From: a virus
Lineage: Duplodnaviria; Caudoviricetes
Direction: 5' to 3' (one strand)
DNA length: 57,368 bases
Virus record (IMG/VR): IMGVR_UViG_3300009610_000033
Coordinates: 1-57,368 of that record
Both the position numbers and the translations under genes were made by a program. The notes under the pieces are model-generated. The model worked only from the letters and a program-made list of their open reading frames with translations. It was not told where the DNA came from and searched no databases. Numbering within the stretch: position 1 is the stretch's first letter; every line of letters begins with the position of its first letter. Below, piece by piece: positions 25,442-35,358 of the stretch.

Positions 25442-25861
25442 ATGAAACTGACGACGACGGCACTTCGGAACGGATGGACGACGCAGGACGACGACACGGT
25501 GGAGAAGCTGGGGAACATCAGCATGGCGGACACGGACCTGCTGGTGGCGGCCGCGAAGGGCGAGGTGGACTTGAACGAGATCGCACGGTGGGTGCTGGCC
25601 TCGCGAGGGATCGGGACCAACGGTGCATGGGTGGGCTTCCCCGAGGCGAAGCGGCAGATGGCGGAACTGAGCAAGCCGATCGACGCCGACAAGGCGATCG
25701 CCGAGCTTGCGACGACGAAGCTTGGGATTGAGACGCTGGACACGCGCAAGAGCGACTCGCTCGACTTCCACGAGCTGGCGGTCTGGACGCTGCGGGCAGC
25801 CCTGGCGGCGGCCTACGAAGCTGGCGCAGCAGCGCAGCGCGCCGAGCTGGTGGCGGCCTGA
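25442..25861 (+). CDS. DUF6900-like protein
   Basis: LGIETLDTRKSDSLDFHELAVW.LRAAL.AAYEAG; RBS AGGAGG. Confidence 0.78.
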   Translation: MKLTTTALRNGWTTQDDDTVEKLGNISMADTDLLVAAAKGEVDLNEIARWVLASRGIGTNGAWVGFPEAKRQMAELSKPIDADKAIAELATTKLGIETLDTRKSDSLDFHELAVWTLRAALAAAYEAGAAAQRAELVAA

Positions 25862-25889
25862 GCCGCGGACGGACGAAGGAGACACGACG

Positions 25890-26084
25890 ATGGCATGCGC
25901 GACAATGGTGGTAACGCCCTACGGACGCCGACTGCAGATCACAGTGGAGTACGGCGAGGACTGGATCGAGATGGAGGAGGTCGTGGCCTTGGACGGAAGC
26001 GAAGACATAGCGGACAACGAAGTCGATGCCGCGGTCAGCGCTGCAGACGCGCGCCTGCGGGCGCCCATCGAGGAAGGAGAATGA
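25890..26084 (+). CDS. Small acidic hypothetical protein
   Basis: RBS AAGGAG. Confidence 0.6.
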   Translation: MACATMVVTPYGRRLQITVEYGEDWIEMEEVVALDGSEDIADNEVDAAVSAADARLRAPIEEGE

Positions 26085-26284
26085 CGGTGATCCCGCACTG
26101 CGAGTGCTGCGGCGGCAGGAACCCAACGACCGACGACGGCTACACGACCTGCTGCAACGAGCTCGTCTGCTACGGAGACGACCAGGTCTGGACGAACGGA
26201 GAGAAGCGCGTGACCGCCTGCTGCAGCGCCGAGCTCAGCACCAAGCTTCACGGAGCAGTGGGGGGCTACTGGCTGGCAAGATGA
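26081..26284 (+). CDS. Small Cys-rich protein
   Basis: CECC, TTCCNE and ACC motifs; ATGA-coupled. Confidence 0.6.
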   Translation: MTVIPHCECCGGRNPTTDDGYTTCCNELVCYGDDQVWTNGEKRVTACCSAELSTKLHGAVGGYWLAR

Positions 26285-26408
26285 GCGGGCGGACGGTCTG
26301 ACGACCGCGCCACAGAACCAAGCCACAGGGCGACACGAGCGCCTTGTGGCTTGCTCCGGTGGTCGAGGAGGAGTCAGCCATGCCATGCGAACGTAGCGAT
26401 GCCAAGCG

Positions 26409-27080
26409 ATGAGTGGAGAGCCAAAGCGATGTGGAGCCAAGACCAGGAGCGGCAAGCCGTGCCAGCAGTGGGCGGTGACCGGCCGCGAGCGCTGCCGCAT
26501 GCACGGCGGTCGGCAGCCGCGTGGCCTGGCGCACCCAGCCACCAAGCACGGGCGCTTCTCCAAGGACCTGCCGGTGCGGCTGCTGGCGGACTACGAGGCG
26601 GCGCTCAAGGATCCGGACCTGGTGGCGCTGCACGAGGAGATGGCGCTCGTCCAGGCGCGCGAGGCGGACCTGGTGCGCCGCGTCAGCACGCGGGAGGCGG
26701 GCGAGAGCTGGGGCGACGTGCGCGCGGCGATGGCAGCGTTCCGGAAGGCCCAGCGCGACGACGACGCACCGGCGGCGGCCGCGGCGCTCAAGAGGATGGA
26801 GGCGGCGCTTGCCGAGGGCGAGGACGACTACGCGGCATGGGCCGAGCTCCTGGCAACCATCGAGCAGCGCCGCAAGCTGGCCGACACCGAGCGGCGCCGG
26901 CTCGAGGCGCTGGAGCAGAACATCAACCGACAGCAGGCGCTGGTGCTCGCGGCCGCGCTGCAGGACGCGGTGAGGCGCCATGTCCCTGACCCAGCAGTCC
27001 TATCAGCCATCGGCCTTGAGCTCGGTCGCATCCTCGCTCACAACGGGGCTGTTCGCCGAGATGGTGGCGGCGATGGTTGA
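26409..27080 (+). CDS. terS: Terminase small subunit (HGGxSTG-like N-terminus)
   Basis: CGAKTRSGKPC...RCRMHGG...KHGRFS, directly upstream of terL. Confidence 0.78.
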   Translation: MSGEPKRCGAKTRSGKPCQQWAVTGRERCRMHGGRQPRGLAHPATKHGRFSKDLPVRLLADYEAALKDPDLVALHEEMALVQAREADLVRRVSTREAGESWGDVRAAMAAFRKAQRDDDAPAAAAALKRMEAALAEGEDDYAAWAELLATIEQRRKLADTERRRLEALEQNINRQQALVLAAALQDAVRRHVPDPAVLSAIGLELGRILAHNGAVRRDGGGDG

Positions 27081-28794
27081 CGGCATGGCGCAGTCAGAGC
27101 GACGGACCACGGCGCCGCCGGCGTGGCAGTGGATCGCCGAGAACTTCCAGGTGATCGATGCCGAGACCGGGAAGGCGCGGCCCTTCATCGTCTGGCCCTG
27201 GATGGTGCGGGTGCTGCTCGACACGCTGCCGGAAGGCGAGGACCTGCCGTACAGCCTGCTCCTGTACAGCACGATCAAGAAGGCTGGCAAGACGGCGTTC
27301 AACGCGGCCATCTGCGCCGAGCTGATGTTCAACCGCGCACCCGACGGCGCCGAGCTCTACAACTTCGCCAACGCCAAGGAGCAGGCGTCGGGCCGCGTCT
27401 ACCGCGCCGTGAAGTACGCGATCGAGCATAACCCGGCGTTGCTCGCTCGCTGCAGCAGCGCCCCGTTGGAGACCATCACGCGCCTGCGAGGCGGCACGAC
27501 CCTGCAGGCGATGGCGGCCATGCACGCCAACATCGCCGGCGCCAACCCGTTCTACTCCGGATGGACCGAGCTCTGGGGCTACGAGCACGAGAAGGAGCTC
27601 AGGGCCTGGGCCGAGATGACGCCGCCGCCAACCATCCGCAACAGCCTGCGGGTGGTAGACACGTACGCCGGCTACGAGGGCGAGAGCGGGCTCCTGAACC
27701 AGCTGGAGGACCAGCTGAAGGCCTCGCCGCGGCTGCACGTCGACGGCTTTGAGCTGCCAGCCGAGTATCGCGCCTACGCCCACCAGGTCGCCGCACAGCA
27801 GCCGGAGCTGGCCGAGTACCTTCTCCCGGCCGACGACGCCGGAAGCGGGCCGGTGCAGTTCGACTACGGGCTACCGATCTACGCCGACGTCGAGTCGCGC
27901 CTCTACGGATTCTGGGACGAGGGCGAGCAGGCCCGGCGTGTGCCATGGCAGCGGGGTGTCCGCGGCCTCGGCTACTACGCGGCGGAGGCGCGCTCGCTCC
28001 TGCCACAGCAGTACCGCCGGCTGCACCTGAACATGCGCGCCAAGCGGGGCGGCCAGTTCGTGGGCATTGAGGTGTGGAACGCCCTGCCGCGCGTCACCGC
28101 CTGGAGCACCGGCGACATCGACGCGGTGGTGCTGGCCGTGGACGCGGCGACGAAGGACGACCACATGGCCCTCGTTGGCGTCAGGGTCCGCGACCGCCGC
28201 GCCGAGGAGTGCTTCGTCAAGGAGTGGTTGCCAGAGGCCGACGAGCGAGCCGGCGGCGCCCTGGTGCTGGATCCGCGGGCCGTGCGCACAGAGGTACTCA
28301 GGCTGCGCGACGAGGGCATGCGCATCCTGGCGATCGGCTTCGACCCGTACCAGTTCCACGCCACGTACCTGGAGCTGGCCGCCGACGGGTTCAACATGGT
28401 CGAGATCACCCAGGGTCAGCCGCGGTTGGAGTCCGACACGCTGCTCTGGACTCTGATCCGCGACGGCCGCATCGCGCATACCGGGCACGGCGCACTCCGG
28501 GTCGCCGTCGAGAACGCCAACGCCCTCGCTGAGACGGGCAAGACAGGCGACGAGCGGCGGCTCCGGATTGTGAAGGGTAGCGGGAAGGTCGACCCGCTGG
28601 TGGCGTTGTCGATGGCGACGTGGGTGGCGCTCAACCCGCCGAAGGAGCGCGATGCGTCGGTGGGCGTCGCCCCGGGTTCGGGCCTACTCGCAGGCGCCGG
28701 TAGCAGCAGCGGCACGCGAGACAGGGCGTCGGGCGGCAGGCTGCCCACGCGGCAGGGCGGGGCGGCGCAACGGTTCAAGAGGGTGCAGAGGTAG
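26980..28794 (+). CDS. terL: Terminase large subunit
   Basis: Walker A-like IKKAGKT, ANAKEQA, nuclease LAVDAATKDD, FDPYQ and KVDPLVALSMA. Start may be later (27061 or 27073). Confidence 0.9.
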   Translation: MSLTQQSYQPSALSSVASSLTTGLFAEMVAAMVDGMAQSERRTTAPPAWQWIAENFQVIDAETGKARPFIVWPWMVRVLLDTLPEGEDLPYSLLLYSTIKKAGKTAFNAAICAELMFNRAPDGAELYNFANAKEQASGRVYRAVKYAIEHNPALLARCSSAPLETITRLRGGTTLQAMAAMHANIAGANPFYSGWTELWGYEHEKELRAWAEMTPPPTIRNSLRVVDTYAGYEGESGLLNQLEDQLKASPRLHVDGFELPAEYRAYAHQVAAQQPELAEYLLPADDAGSGPVQFDYGLPIYADVESRLYGFWDEGEQARRVPWQRGVRGLGYYAAEARSLLPQQYRRLHLNMRAKRGGQFVGIEVWNALPRVTAWSTGDIDAVVLAVDAATKDDHMALVGVRVRDRRAEECFVKEWLPEADERAGGALVLDPRAVRTEVLRLRDEGMRILAIGFDPYQFHATYLELAADGFNMVEITQGQPRLESDTLLWTLIRDGRIAHTGHGALRVAVENANALAETGKTGDERRLRIVKGSGKVDPLVALSMATWVALNPPKERDASVGVAPGSGLLAGAGSSSGTRDRASGGRLPTRQGGAAQRFKRVQR

Positions 28795-28843
28795 GGAGAA
28801 CCGGGGCCGCGTCGCGGTGCCCGTCAACGATAGGGAGACGAAC

Positions 28844-29095
28844 ATGGTGAAGCTGGGCGACCGAGGGCAGGATGCAATCACGGGCTTTGAGGGCATCGTG
28901 ACGGCCAGGGTGGAGTACATCAGCGGGTGTGTGCAGGTGTGTGTAACGCCGGGAGGGCTGGACGAAAAAGGCCAGATCCGGAAGGGAGAGTACTTCGATA
29001 TCCAGCGGGTGCATGTGGTCAACGCTGGTGCGGTGGTGCTGGACAACGGCGCGACGCCTGGCGGACCGCAGCGCGACGCACCGCCGGCCCGATAG
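28844..29095 (+). CDS. Conserved phage hypothetical protein
   Basis: LGD..QDAITGFEGIVTAR.EYISGC...PGGP. Confidence 0.8.
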   Translation: MVKLGDRGQDAITGFEGIVTARVEYISGCVQVCVTPGGLDEKGQIRKGEYFDIQRVHVVNAGAVVLDNGATPGGPQRDAPPAR

Positions 29096-29124
29096 CCGCC
29101 ACACCGTAGGGGGAGGGAGGCGCC

Positions 29125-29322
29125 ATGCAGCCACGACGGCCGCCCAGACGCCAAGAGCGCGCAGCGGACGAGACCGTCATCATCGTGGATAGGGAGTATG
29201 CATTGCAGGAGATTCGCAGCCTGACCATGCAGCTGAACATGTGGCGCCGCCTGGTCGGGCTGGCGCCAGCTGTCGTTGAGCGTAGGGTCGAGTCACTTGA
29301 CGCGCCCGGGGATCAGGCTTAG
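29125..29322 (+). CDS. Small hypothetical protein
   Basis: RBS GGAGG. Confidence 0.6.
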   Translation: MQPRRPPRRQERAADETVIIVDREYALQEIRSLTMQLNMWRRLVGLAPAVVERRVESLDAPGDQA

Positions 29323-29463
29323 ACTACTACCCGTTGTGGTGGCCAGCACGGCACCAACCGAATAGCAGGGCCGCAACTGTGTGAACACACCGCAGTCCCG
29401 CCCGTCGTCCGTGGCCGCTCGCCCCAACAGGCGCCCGCCAGGGATGGCGGGCTCTTTTGCTTT
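29297..29463 (+). promoter_or_regulatory. Head-operon promoter and leader ending in a terminator-like hairpin
   Basis: TTGACG-17-TAGACT, then GCCCGCCA-GGGA-TGGCGGGC-TCTTTTGCTTT before the portal ATG. Confidence 0.65.
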
Positions 29464-29479
29464 AGGCCACGGGGACGGA

Positions 29480-31933
29480 ATGACGCCAACCCGCAGGGAA
29501 CTGATCGCCGACGAGGCGCGGGCCGAACTGGCCGCGCTGGCTGGCGCTACCCGGCGAGCGGTGACCAAGCCCGCTACCACCCGCGTCACCCCCACCGCCG
29601 CCCAGCCGTCCGCCGCGCCGACCTACGAGCCCGGGCTGCCGTCGCTCCTGGCCGGCGCCGGGAAGGACCAGTTCGCTGCCGCCGGCCGCCGCACCATCGA
29701 CCGGCCCACCTACACCCAGGAGCAGGTCTACGCAGCGCTGGATGCGGCGTTGGACTACAACCCCGACGCGTCCTACGCCGCCTGGGTGTACAAGCTCCTG
29801 GGCCTGCGCGACTGGGACCTGGTGGTCGAAGGCGAAGACGGTGAGCCCGACGAGCTCGTCACCGACGAAGCCCTCGCGTTCACCGAGCGCTGCTGCCTGG
29901 CCTACGGTGGCGGGATCGATGCGATGCTCGCGGTGGGGATGGAGTCGCTGTTCCGCCGCGGCGCCATCGCCGGCGAGCTCGACGTGGCCGACAGCCTCGA
30001 CGAGGTCCTCGACGTGGCGTTCGTGGATCCGGCCTACGTCGACTTTGAGCCGATCACGGACGGCAATCACAAGAGCCTGCGCCCCGTGTACCTGCCGTCG
30101 ACCGGCGGCGATCCGGTGCCGTTCAACCAGCACCAGTTCACCTACATCTCGCATGGTGCGCGGGTAGATCTGCCGTACGGCAAGTCCCCGTTCCTGCCGC
30201 TGGTCGACGCTGCCTACCCCTACGCCGAGCTGCGGGACGGGCTGCAGCGGGTGGTCAAGGGCCAGGGCTTCAGCAAGATGGCCTTCATCTACGACTACGA
30301 CCAGGTGGTCAGGACCGCGCCACCAGACGCCGTCCAGTTGTCCGCCGAGGGCGGGGTGAAGGTCCTCGACTGGAACAAGCTCAAGGCGCACCTCGACGCG
30401 TTCGTGGAGGACCTCCAGGACGAGATCGAGGAGATGTACGACGACGATCGGTGGGTGCTGCCCGACATGGTGAAGCCAGGCAGCGTCGGCGCCAACCACG
30501 CGACTGAGTCGATGGACTTCGCAAAGATCGCGCAGCTGTTCGACCAGGACGCCATCGTGGCCACCAAGAGCCAGCCGGCTATCCACGGCCGGCAGTGGGG
30601 CTCCGACCTGTCGTCGACTGGCTCTGTGCAGTGGACGGTGCAGGCGCTGGGCATTGAGGCCATGCGCGACTACGTGCGCCGCTTCGTGGAGTTCGTGGTC
30701 GACGGCTGGCTCACCGTCACTGGGCGCCGCGGCGCGGCTCGCCTGGTGTTCCCGCCACTCCGTAAGGAGGACCGGAAGGCCGAGGCTGAGGCCGACAAGC
30801 TCGTCACTGAAAACGCGATCCTGCTCCGCGATGCCGGTGCGATCGACAACGACGAGATGGCCGAGATGACGGTCGGCCACCCGGCCACCGGTGCGCCGGC
30901 TACGGTCGACGTACCGCCTGCACCGTTCGCCAACGGCCGCACGACTCCCGCGCGCCAGCTGCCGCTGCTGGTCGGTGACCAAGGCTCGCGCGCCGACCCC
31001 TTCACCCCAGAGGTGACGGACGCGGCCGGGCCCGTCGAGATGGAGAACGAACAGCAACCGCCCGGCGAGGTTGATGCTCGCCGGGTGGTGCGTGCCTTCG
31101 ATGAGTGGGCACGCGACGAGGCTGAGAGCTTCGACGGATTGCTCGACGCCGTGGTCGTCACCTCGGCGCCTGAAGCCAGCAATGGCCGCGCGAAGTCCAA
31201 CGGCAACGGCCACGCGCGCGCACTGTCGGCGCCGGCCGGGCGCTGGCAGTGGGACGCCACCGTGGCCCGCTGGCGCTACCCGTCCGATACGCCCAACCGC
31301 CTGGGCCGCCTGCTGCCGCCAGAGCGCGCCGACGAGATATTCGAGCGCCGCATGGCTGCCAGGAAGGCCGAAGCGGTTGCCCTCGCCGAGCGCTTCACGG
31401 CGGGCCGGATGACGACCCGCGAGTTCCAGGACGCCTGGGCGAGGGTGGCGAAGGACGCCCACCTGGAGGCCCGCATGATCGCGGCCGGCGGGAAGAACGC
31501 CATGACGCCCACGCACTACGGTGCGGTTGGTGGCCGTGCCGGCACCGAGTACCGCGTGATCGGCAGCCTCGGCAAGCAGATCGAGTCGGGCGAGCTGTCG
31601 GCCGCGCAGATCCGCCAGGCTGTGGCGCGCCGCTTCGATGCCCCGGTGCGAGAGACGTACCGCCGCGGGCGCGAGTATGTGCACAGCCGAGCCGGGTACA
31701 TGGAGGAGCGCAACCACCTGGAGCCGGGCGCCATGCACTGCCCGGGCTGTGAGGCCGAGGCCGGCCGCGGCTGGGTGGCGCTGGGGAGCATCAAGCCCGT
31801 GGGGCAGCGCGACTGCTCGACCGGCTGTGCGTGCCACATCGAGTTCCGCGTGAGTGCCGAGCAGGCCATGCCGGCGCACCGGGCCGCGGGGACTGTCGAC
31901 GTGTACCGCACGATGTACGAGGTGCCAGCGTGA
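29480..31933 (+). CDS. Portal protein fused to a MuF-like minor head domain
   Basis: Follows terL; PYGKSP portal-type motif. C-terminal WQWD...RWRY and HCPGC...RDC.TGCACH. Confidence 0.8.
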   Translation: MTPTRRELIADEARAELAALAGATRRAVTKPATTRVTPTAAQPSAAPTYEPGLPSLLAGAGKDQFAAAGRRTIDRPTYTQEQVYAALDAALDYNPDASYAAWVYKLLGLRDWDLVVEGEDGEPDELVTDEALAFTERCCLAYGGGIDAMLAVGMESLFRRGAIAGELDVADSLDEVLDVAFVDPAYVDFEPITDGNHKSLRPVYLPSTGGDPVPFNQHQFTYISHGARVDLPYGKSPFLPLVDAAYPYAELRDGLQRVVKGQGFSKMAFIYDYDQVVRTAPPDAVQLSAEGGVKVLDWNKLKAHLDAFVEDLQDEIEEMYDDDRWVLPDMVKPGSVGANHATESMDFAKIAQLFDQDAIVATKSQPAIHGRQWGSDLSSTGSVQWTVQALGIEAMRDYVRRFVEFVVDGWLTVTGRRGAARLVFPPLRKEDRKAEAEADKLVTENAILLRDAGAIDNDEMAEMTVGHPATGAPATVDVPPAPFANGRTTPARQLPLLVGDQGSRADPFTPEVTDAAGPVEMENEQQPPGEVDARRVVRAFDEWARDEAESFDGLLDAVVVTSAPEASNGRAKSNGNGHARALSAPAGRWQWDATVARWRYPSDTPNRLGRLLPPERADEIFERRMAARKAEAVALAERFTAGRMTTREFQDAWARVAKDAHLEARMIAAGGKNAMTPTHYGAVGGRAGTEYRVIGSLGKQIESGELSAAQIRQAVARRFDAPVRETYRRGREYVHSRAGYMEERNHLEPGAMHCPGCEAEAGRGWVALGSIKPVGQRDCSTGCACHIEFRVSAEQAMPAHRAAGTVDVYRTMYEVPA

Positions 31934-32130
31934 TCGCCGACGCCGTGCTCTGCCCCGTCTGCCGGCGGCGCGCCTCCTCGGTGCGCCAGGAGATCGACGG
32001 CAACACCCGCACGCGCGTGTGGGTCCACACGGGCTACAGCTGCCGGGCGCAGGACACGGTTGTCCCTGCGGAGATCGACCGGGCGGAAGCGGCCAAGAAC
32101 CTGGATCCGCGGATCGGGAGGGGAGCATGA
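31930..32130 (+). CDS. Small hypothetical protein
   Basis: Overlaps both neighbours by 4 nt; CPVC. Confidence 0.6.
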   Translation: MIADAVLCPVCRRRASSVRQEIDGNTRTRVWVHTGYSCRAQDTVVPAEIDRAEAAKNLDPRIGRGA

Positions 32131-33647
32131 GCAACCAGAAGCCCGAGTTCTACCACTACGCCGAGGCCCGCCAGGTGGTGGTCCGCGCTGAGGGTGACGA
32201 TGCCGTTGGGCGCGTCACCGGCCAGCCGAGCGACAAGCAGCTGGCGATCATCAACGCCCGCTGCGCCCTCGTGCCCCAGCGGGCCGAGGACCTGTTCGTG
32301 TGGGACATCGAGATCAGCAACAACCACGTAGACAGCCACGGCACGTGGATGGACGACGCCACGTCCCTGGTCAACTACGAACGCCAGGCCAACAGCGGCC
32401 GCGGCATCCCCTACCTGCGCCACCACGACACCCGCTCCGACGAGTGGGGCCGGGTGTATGCCGGGCTGCTGGAGGATGCGCCTGCACCCGAGCGGGTGCC
32501 ACGTGCGGCCGGCTCGCCGGCCCTGGCGCGTGACCTATTCCGCGACACGGCCACGCCCATGCGGTTGGTCGAGTCGGTGTTCACCCGCCGCGACATCGCG
32601 CCCGAACTGATCAGCCGCCTGGAGTCTGGCATCAGCGCCAGCAACAGTATCGGCTTCTCGGTCTACACCCCGGCCGACCCCGGCTCGATGCTGGAGTGCG
32701 ACATCTGCGGGGTGGACATCTTCCTGATGGACGCGGGCGGGTTCGTCTGCAAGCACATGCCCGGCTTCGAGTACATCGAGCCGCTGGGCCAGGGCGACGA
32801 CGCCGAGCAGGTGCAGGTGATCGCCACGGCCAAGGTCGTGGGCGCCAGTCAGCGCGAGGCCTCGGGCGTGTACCTGGGCTCGACGCCTGGCACCTACACG
32901 CTCGCCGACCGCGTGGCGGCACTCTACCACGCCGGCCAGGTCGGCGAGGGCGAGGCGCGCCGCTACGAGGAAGTGCACCGCCTGGAGCGGGGCTACGTGG
33001 TGGGCGACCGCCGCACGATGTTCGACATGGGTGGTACCAAGACGGTGACTCCACCGGTTCTCGACGCCGGTGTCACGACAGGCCAAGACGCCTCCGAGCG
33101 CGAATCTGATGGAGGTGATCCGAGCATGGATCCGAAGCAACTGCTCGAACGCGTCCGCGCGCTCTTGGGCGTCGACCAGGACCGGGTCGCCGCGTTCGAG
33201 CTGGCGGACGGCGAGAAGGACCCGATCACCGCGATGCACCGGGTGCTGGTCGATGAGGTCGACCGGGAGCGCAAGGCCGTGACCGCAGCCAATGGGCAGG
33301 TCGAGGCGCAGCGCCGCACGGTGGCAGAGCGGCTGGGTGCGACCGAGGGCGAGAGCCTGACCGACGCGCTCGACCGGGTCATGGCCCTGGCGAAGCTGGG
33401 CGAGGGGGCGCGTGATCGCCTCGTCGACGAGCTCCTCAGCCAGATGACGCGGGCCGGTATCAAGTACGAGGCCGAGGCGCAGCGAGCGATCGCAGTGCGC
33501 ATGACGCCCGACGAGATCGAGGCCCAGACCAAGATGTTCAAGGCGACTGCCGACAGCCGGTTCACGGCGGGCACCGTCTCCGATCCCGCCGTCGAGCCCC
33601 GCGCCGCCACCGGTGTGCGCCGGCCCGACCCGGCCCTCGTGGGCTAG
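32127..33647 (+). CDS. Prohead protease plus scaffold
   Basis: HHD...GR, SIGF, CDICG...CKHMPG and EASGVYLGS, followed by a helical C-terminus. Confidence 0.8.
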   Translation: MSNQKPEFYHYAEARQVVVRAEGDDAVGRVTGQPSDKQLAIINARCALVPQRAEDLFVWDIEISNNHVDSHGTWMDDATSLVNYERQANSGRGIPYLRHHDTRSDEWGRVYAGLLEDAPAPERVPRAAGSPALARDLFRDTATPMRLVESVFTRRDIAPELISRLESGISASNSIGFSVYTPADPGSMLECDICGVDIFLMDAGGFVCKHMPGFEYIEPLGQGDDAEQVQVIATAKVVGASQREASGVYLGSTPGTYTLADRVAALYHAGQVGEGEARRYEEVHRLERGYVVGDRRTMFDMGGTKTVTPPVLDAGVTTGQDASERESDGGDPSMDPKQLLERVRALLGVDQDRVAAFELADGEKDPITAMHRVLVDEVDRERKAVTAANGQVEAQRRTVAERLGATEGESLTDALDRVMALAKLGEGARDRLVDELLSQMTRAGIKYEAEAQRAIAVRMTPDEIEAQTKMFKATADSRFTAGTVSDPAVEPRAATGVRRPDPALVG

Positions 33648-33662
33648 GAGGACCACCACACA

Positions 33663-34097
33663 ATGAGCGATCCGCGACTCACGTTGGACTTCCAGGGTCA
33701 GAACGCCGAGTTCCTGACCTTCGCCATCGACAACTCCCAGATCACCTACAGCGCGACGGCGGCCAAGGGTAGCAGCCAGGTTGGCCTGGCCGTGACCATG
33801 TCCGCCGACGACACGATCAAGCTGACCGAGGATGGCGAGGGGATCCTCGGTGTCCTGGTGCTGGTGACCCACGACAACTACGCCACCGTGCAGGTCAGCG
33901 GTGCGATGAAGTTGCCGAAGGGCAGCGGCGCCACGATCACCCGCCTGAAGAAGCTGGTGGGCGCCTTGGGCGCGGCCAGCGCGAAGGGCTACGTCCGCGA
34001 CGTGGCCACCGGCACGGCCGCAGAACTGGGCGTTGCCCGGGGCTTCACGGTCCGTGCCACCGCCGACTCCGCCGGCTTGATCGCCGCGGTGCTGTAG
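33663..34097 (+). CDS. Head decoration protein
   Basis: Lies between scaffold and MCP; small beta-rich Gly/Ala protein. Confidence 0.7.
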   Translation: MSDPRLTLDFQGQNAEFLTFAIDNSQITYSATAAKGSSQVGLAVTMSADDTIKLTEDGEGILGVLVLVTHDNYATVQVSGAMKLPKGSGATITRLKKLVGALGAASAKGYVRDVATGTAAELGVARGFTVRATADSAGLIAAVL

Positions 34098-34110
34098 GAG
34101 GCATGACACG

Positions 34111-35346
34111 ATGACCATTCTCTTCAAGGACTTTACGCCGAACCGTGCCATGCCGGAGCGCTCGCTCCAGCTGGCAAAGAACATCGACGACGGCATCTAC
34201 GACACCCACGACGAGGAGGAGGGGCGCACCCTCACCGCGCTGGAGGTGTTGGAGCGCGAGGACCCGAGCGACGACCAGCCCGACTGGCTGCGCGGCACTA
34301 CCGCGCTCCAGCGCTCGTTCATGGCGATGAACGTGCGGACCCGGGACGACCACCAGCGCGGTATCCGCGCCTCGACGGTCGGTCAGCTGTTCGACGCCGG
34401 CGGCGGCCGCGGCGCTGTGCTGTTCCCTCTGTGGATCGAGCAGTCCTGCCGTGACCGGCAGGCGGCCATCTTCGAACGCTTCTACTCGTCCAACCAGGTG
34501 GGTGACGGCAACAACGCATTGCGCCCGCACAACCTCGCCGCGCAGATCACGGGCGATGCGTTGCGGCAGTCGCTCCTGCCGCTCCTGGTGGGCTCGCAGG
34601 AGCTGGGCGACGGGCGGCCGTACACGTCGTTCCACATGAGCGAGGACTCGACGAAGACGACCATGCGTCGTCGCACCGAGTTCGCGCCGTCGGCAGTGTA
34701 CAGCCTGACGGCGTCGGAGCGGACGCATAAGCTGGAGGAGTTCGGGATCCAGCTGGAGATCAGCTACAAGGCCATGCGCGAGTACGCGCTGCCGGCCTTG
34801 CAGCAGCACCTCAACTGGATCGCCCAGCGGAACGACCTCACGAAGGAGCAGGTCGCCTACGAGGTGCACATGTCGGGCGACGGCAGTTCGGCTGCCGCGA
34901 CCAACACGAACGTCTCGAGCCTGACCGGCGGTGTGGCCGGCGCGATCACCCTGCCTCAGCTGCTGGAGTTCCTGCGGCTGTACGAGGGCGACGGCAACTA
35001 CGCTCCCTCGATCATGATCGGCACGAGCGCTGTGCTGACGGTGTTCGATGCGTCGACGTTCGGCAGCGCCGAGCACCCGACGTTCGGCCCCCTGGGCCTT
35101 GCCATGCTCGGCCAGGCGTCGCGCCCTGAGGCGCGGTCGGTTCCGCCGATGTACTCCCGGAGCTACGCCACGGCGAACAAGGGAGGCTTCTTCGACCGGG
35201 CGACGCTGCGCATGGTCTACACCCCGCTCCTCGTCGAGCGGGACAAGGTCATCACGGGCAAGTTCGACGTGATCGTGATCTCCGAAGAGACGAACTTCGA
35301 TCACCTGCGTGACGGTGGCCGGCGCACGCTCGACGTGAACAACTAG
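34111..35346 (+). CDS. Major capsid protein
   Basis: Size and synteny; VLFPLWI and FGIQLEISYKAMR pattern. Confidence 0.82.
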   Translation: MTILFKDFTPNRAMPERSLQLAKNIDDGIYDTHDEEEGRTLTALEVLEREDPSDDQPDWLRGTTALQRSFMAMNVRTRDDHQRGIRASTVGQLFDAGGGRGAVLFPLWIEQSCRDRQAAIFERFYSSNQVGDGNNALRPHNLAAQITGDALRQSLLPLLVGSQELGDGRPYTSFHMSEDSTKTTMRRRTEFAPSAVYSLTASERTHKLEEFGIQLEISYKAMREYALPALQQHLNWIAQRNDLTKEQVAYEVHMSGDGSSAAATNTNVSSLTGGVAGAITLPQLLEFLRLYEGDGNYAPSIMIGTSAVLTVFDASTFGSAEHPTFGPLGLAMLGQASRPEARSVPPMYSRSYATANKGGFFDRATLRMVYTPLLVERDKVITGKFDVIVISEETNFDHLRDGGRRTLDVNN

Positions 35347-35358
35347 GAGCGTCGCGAG

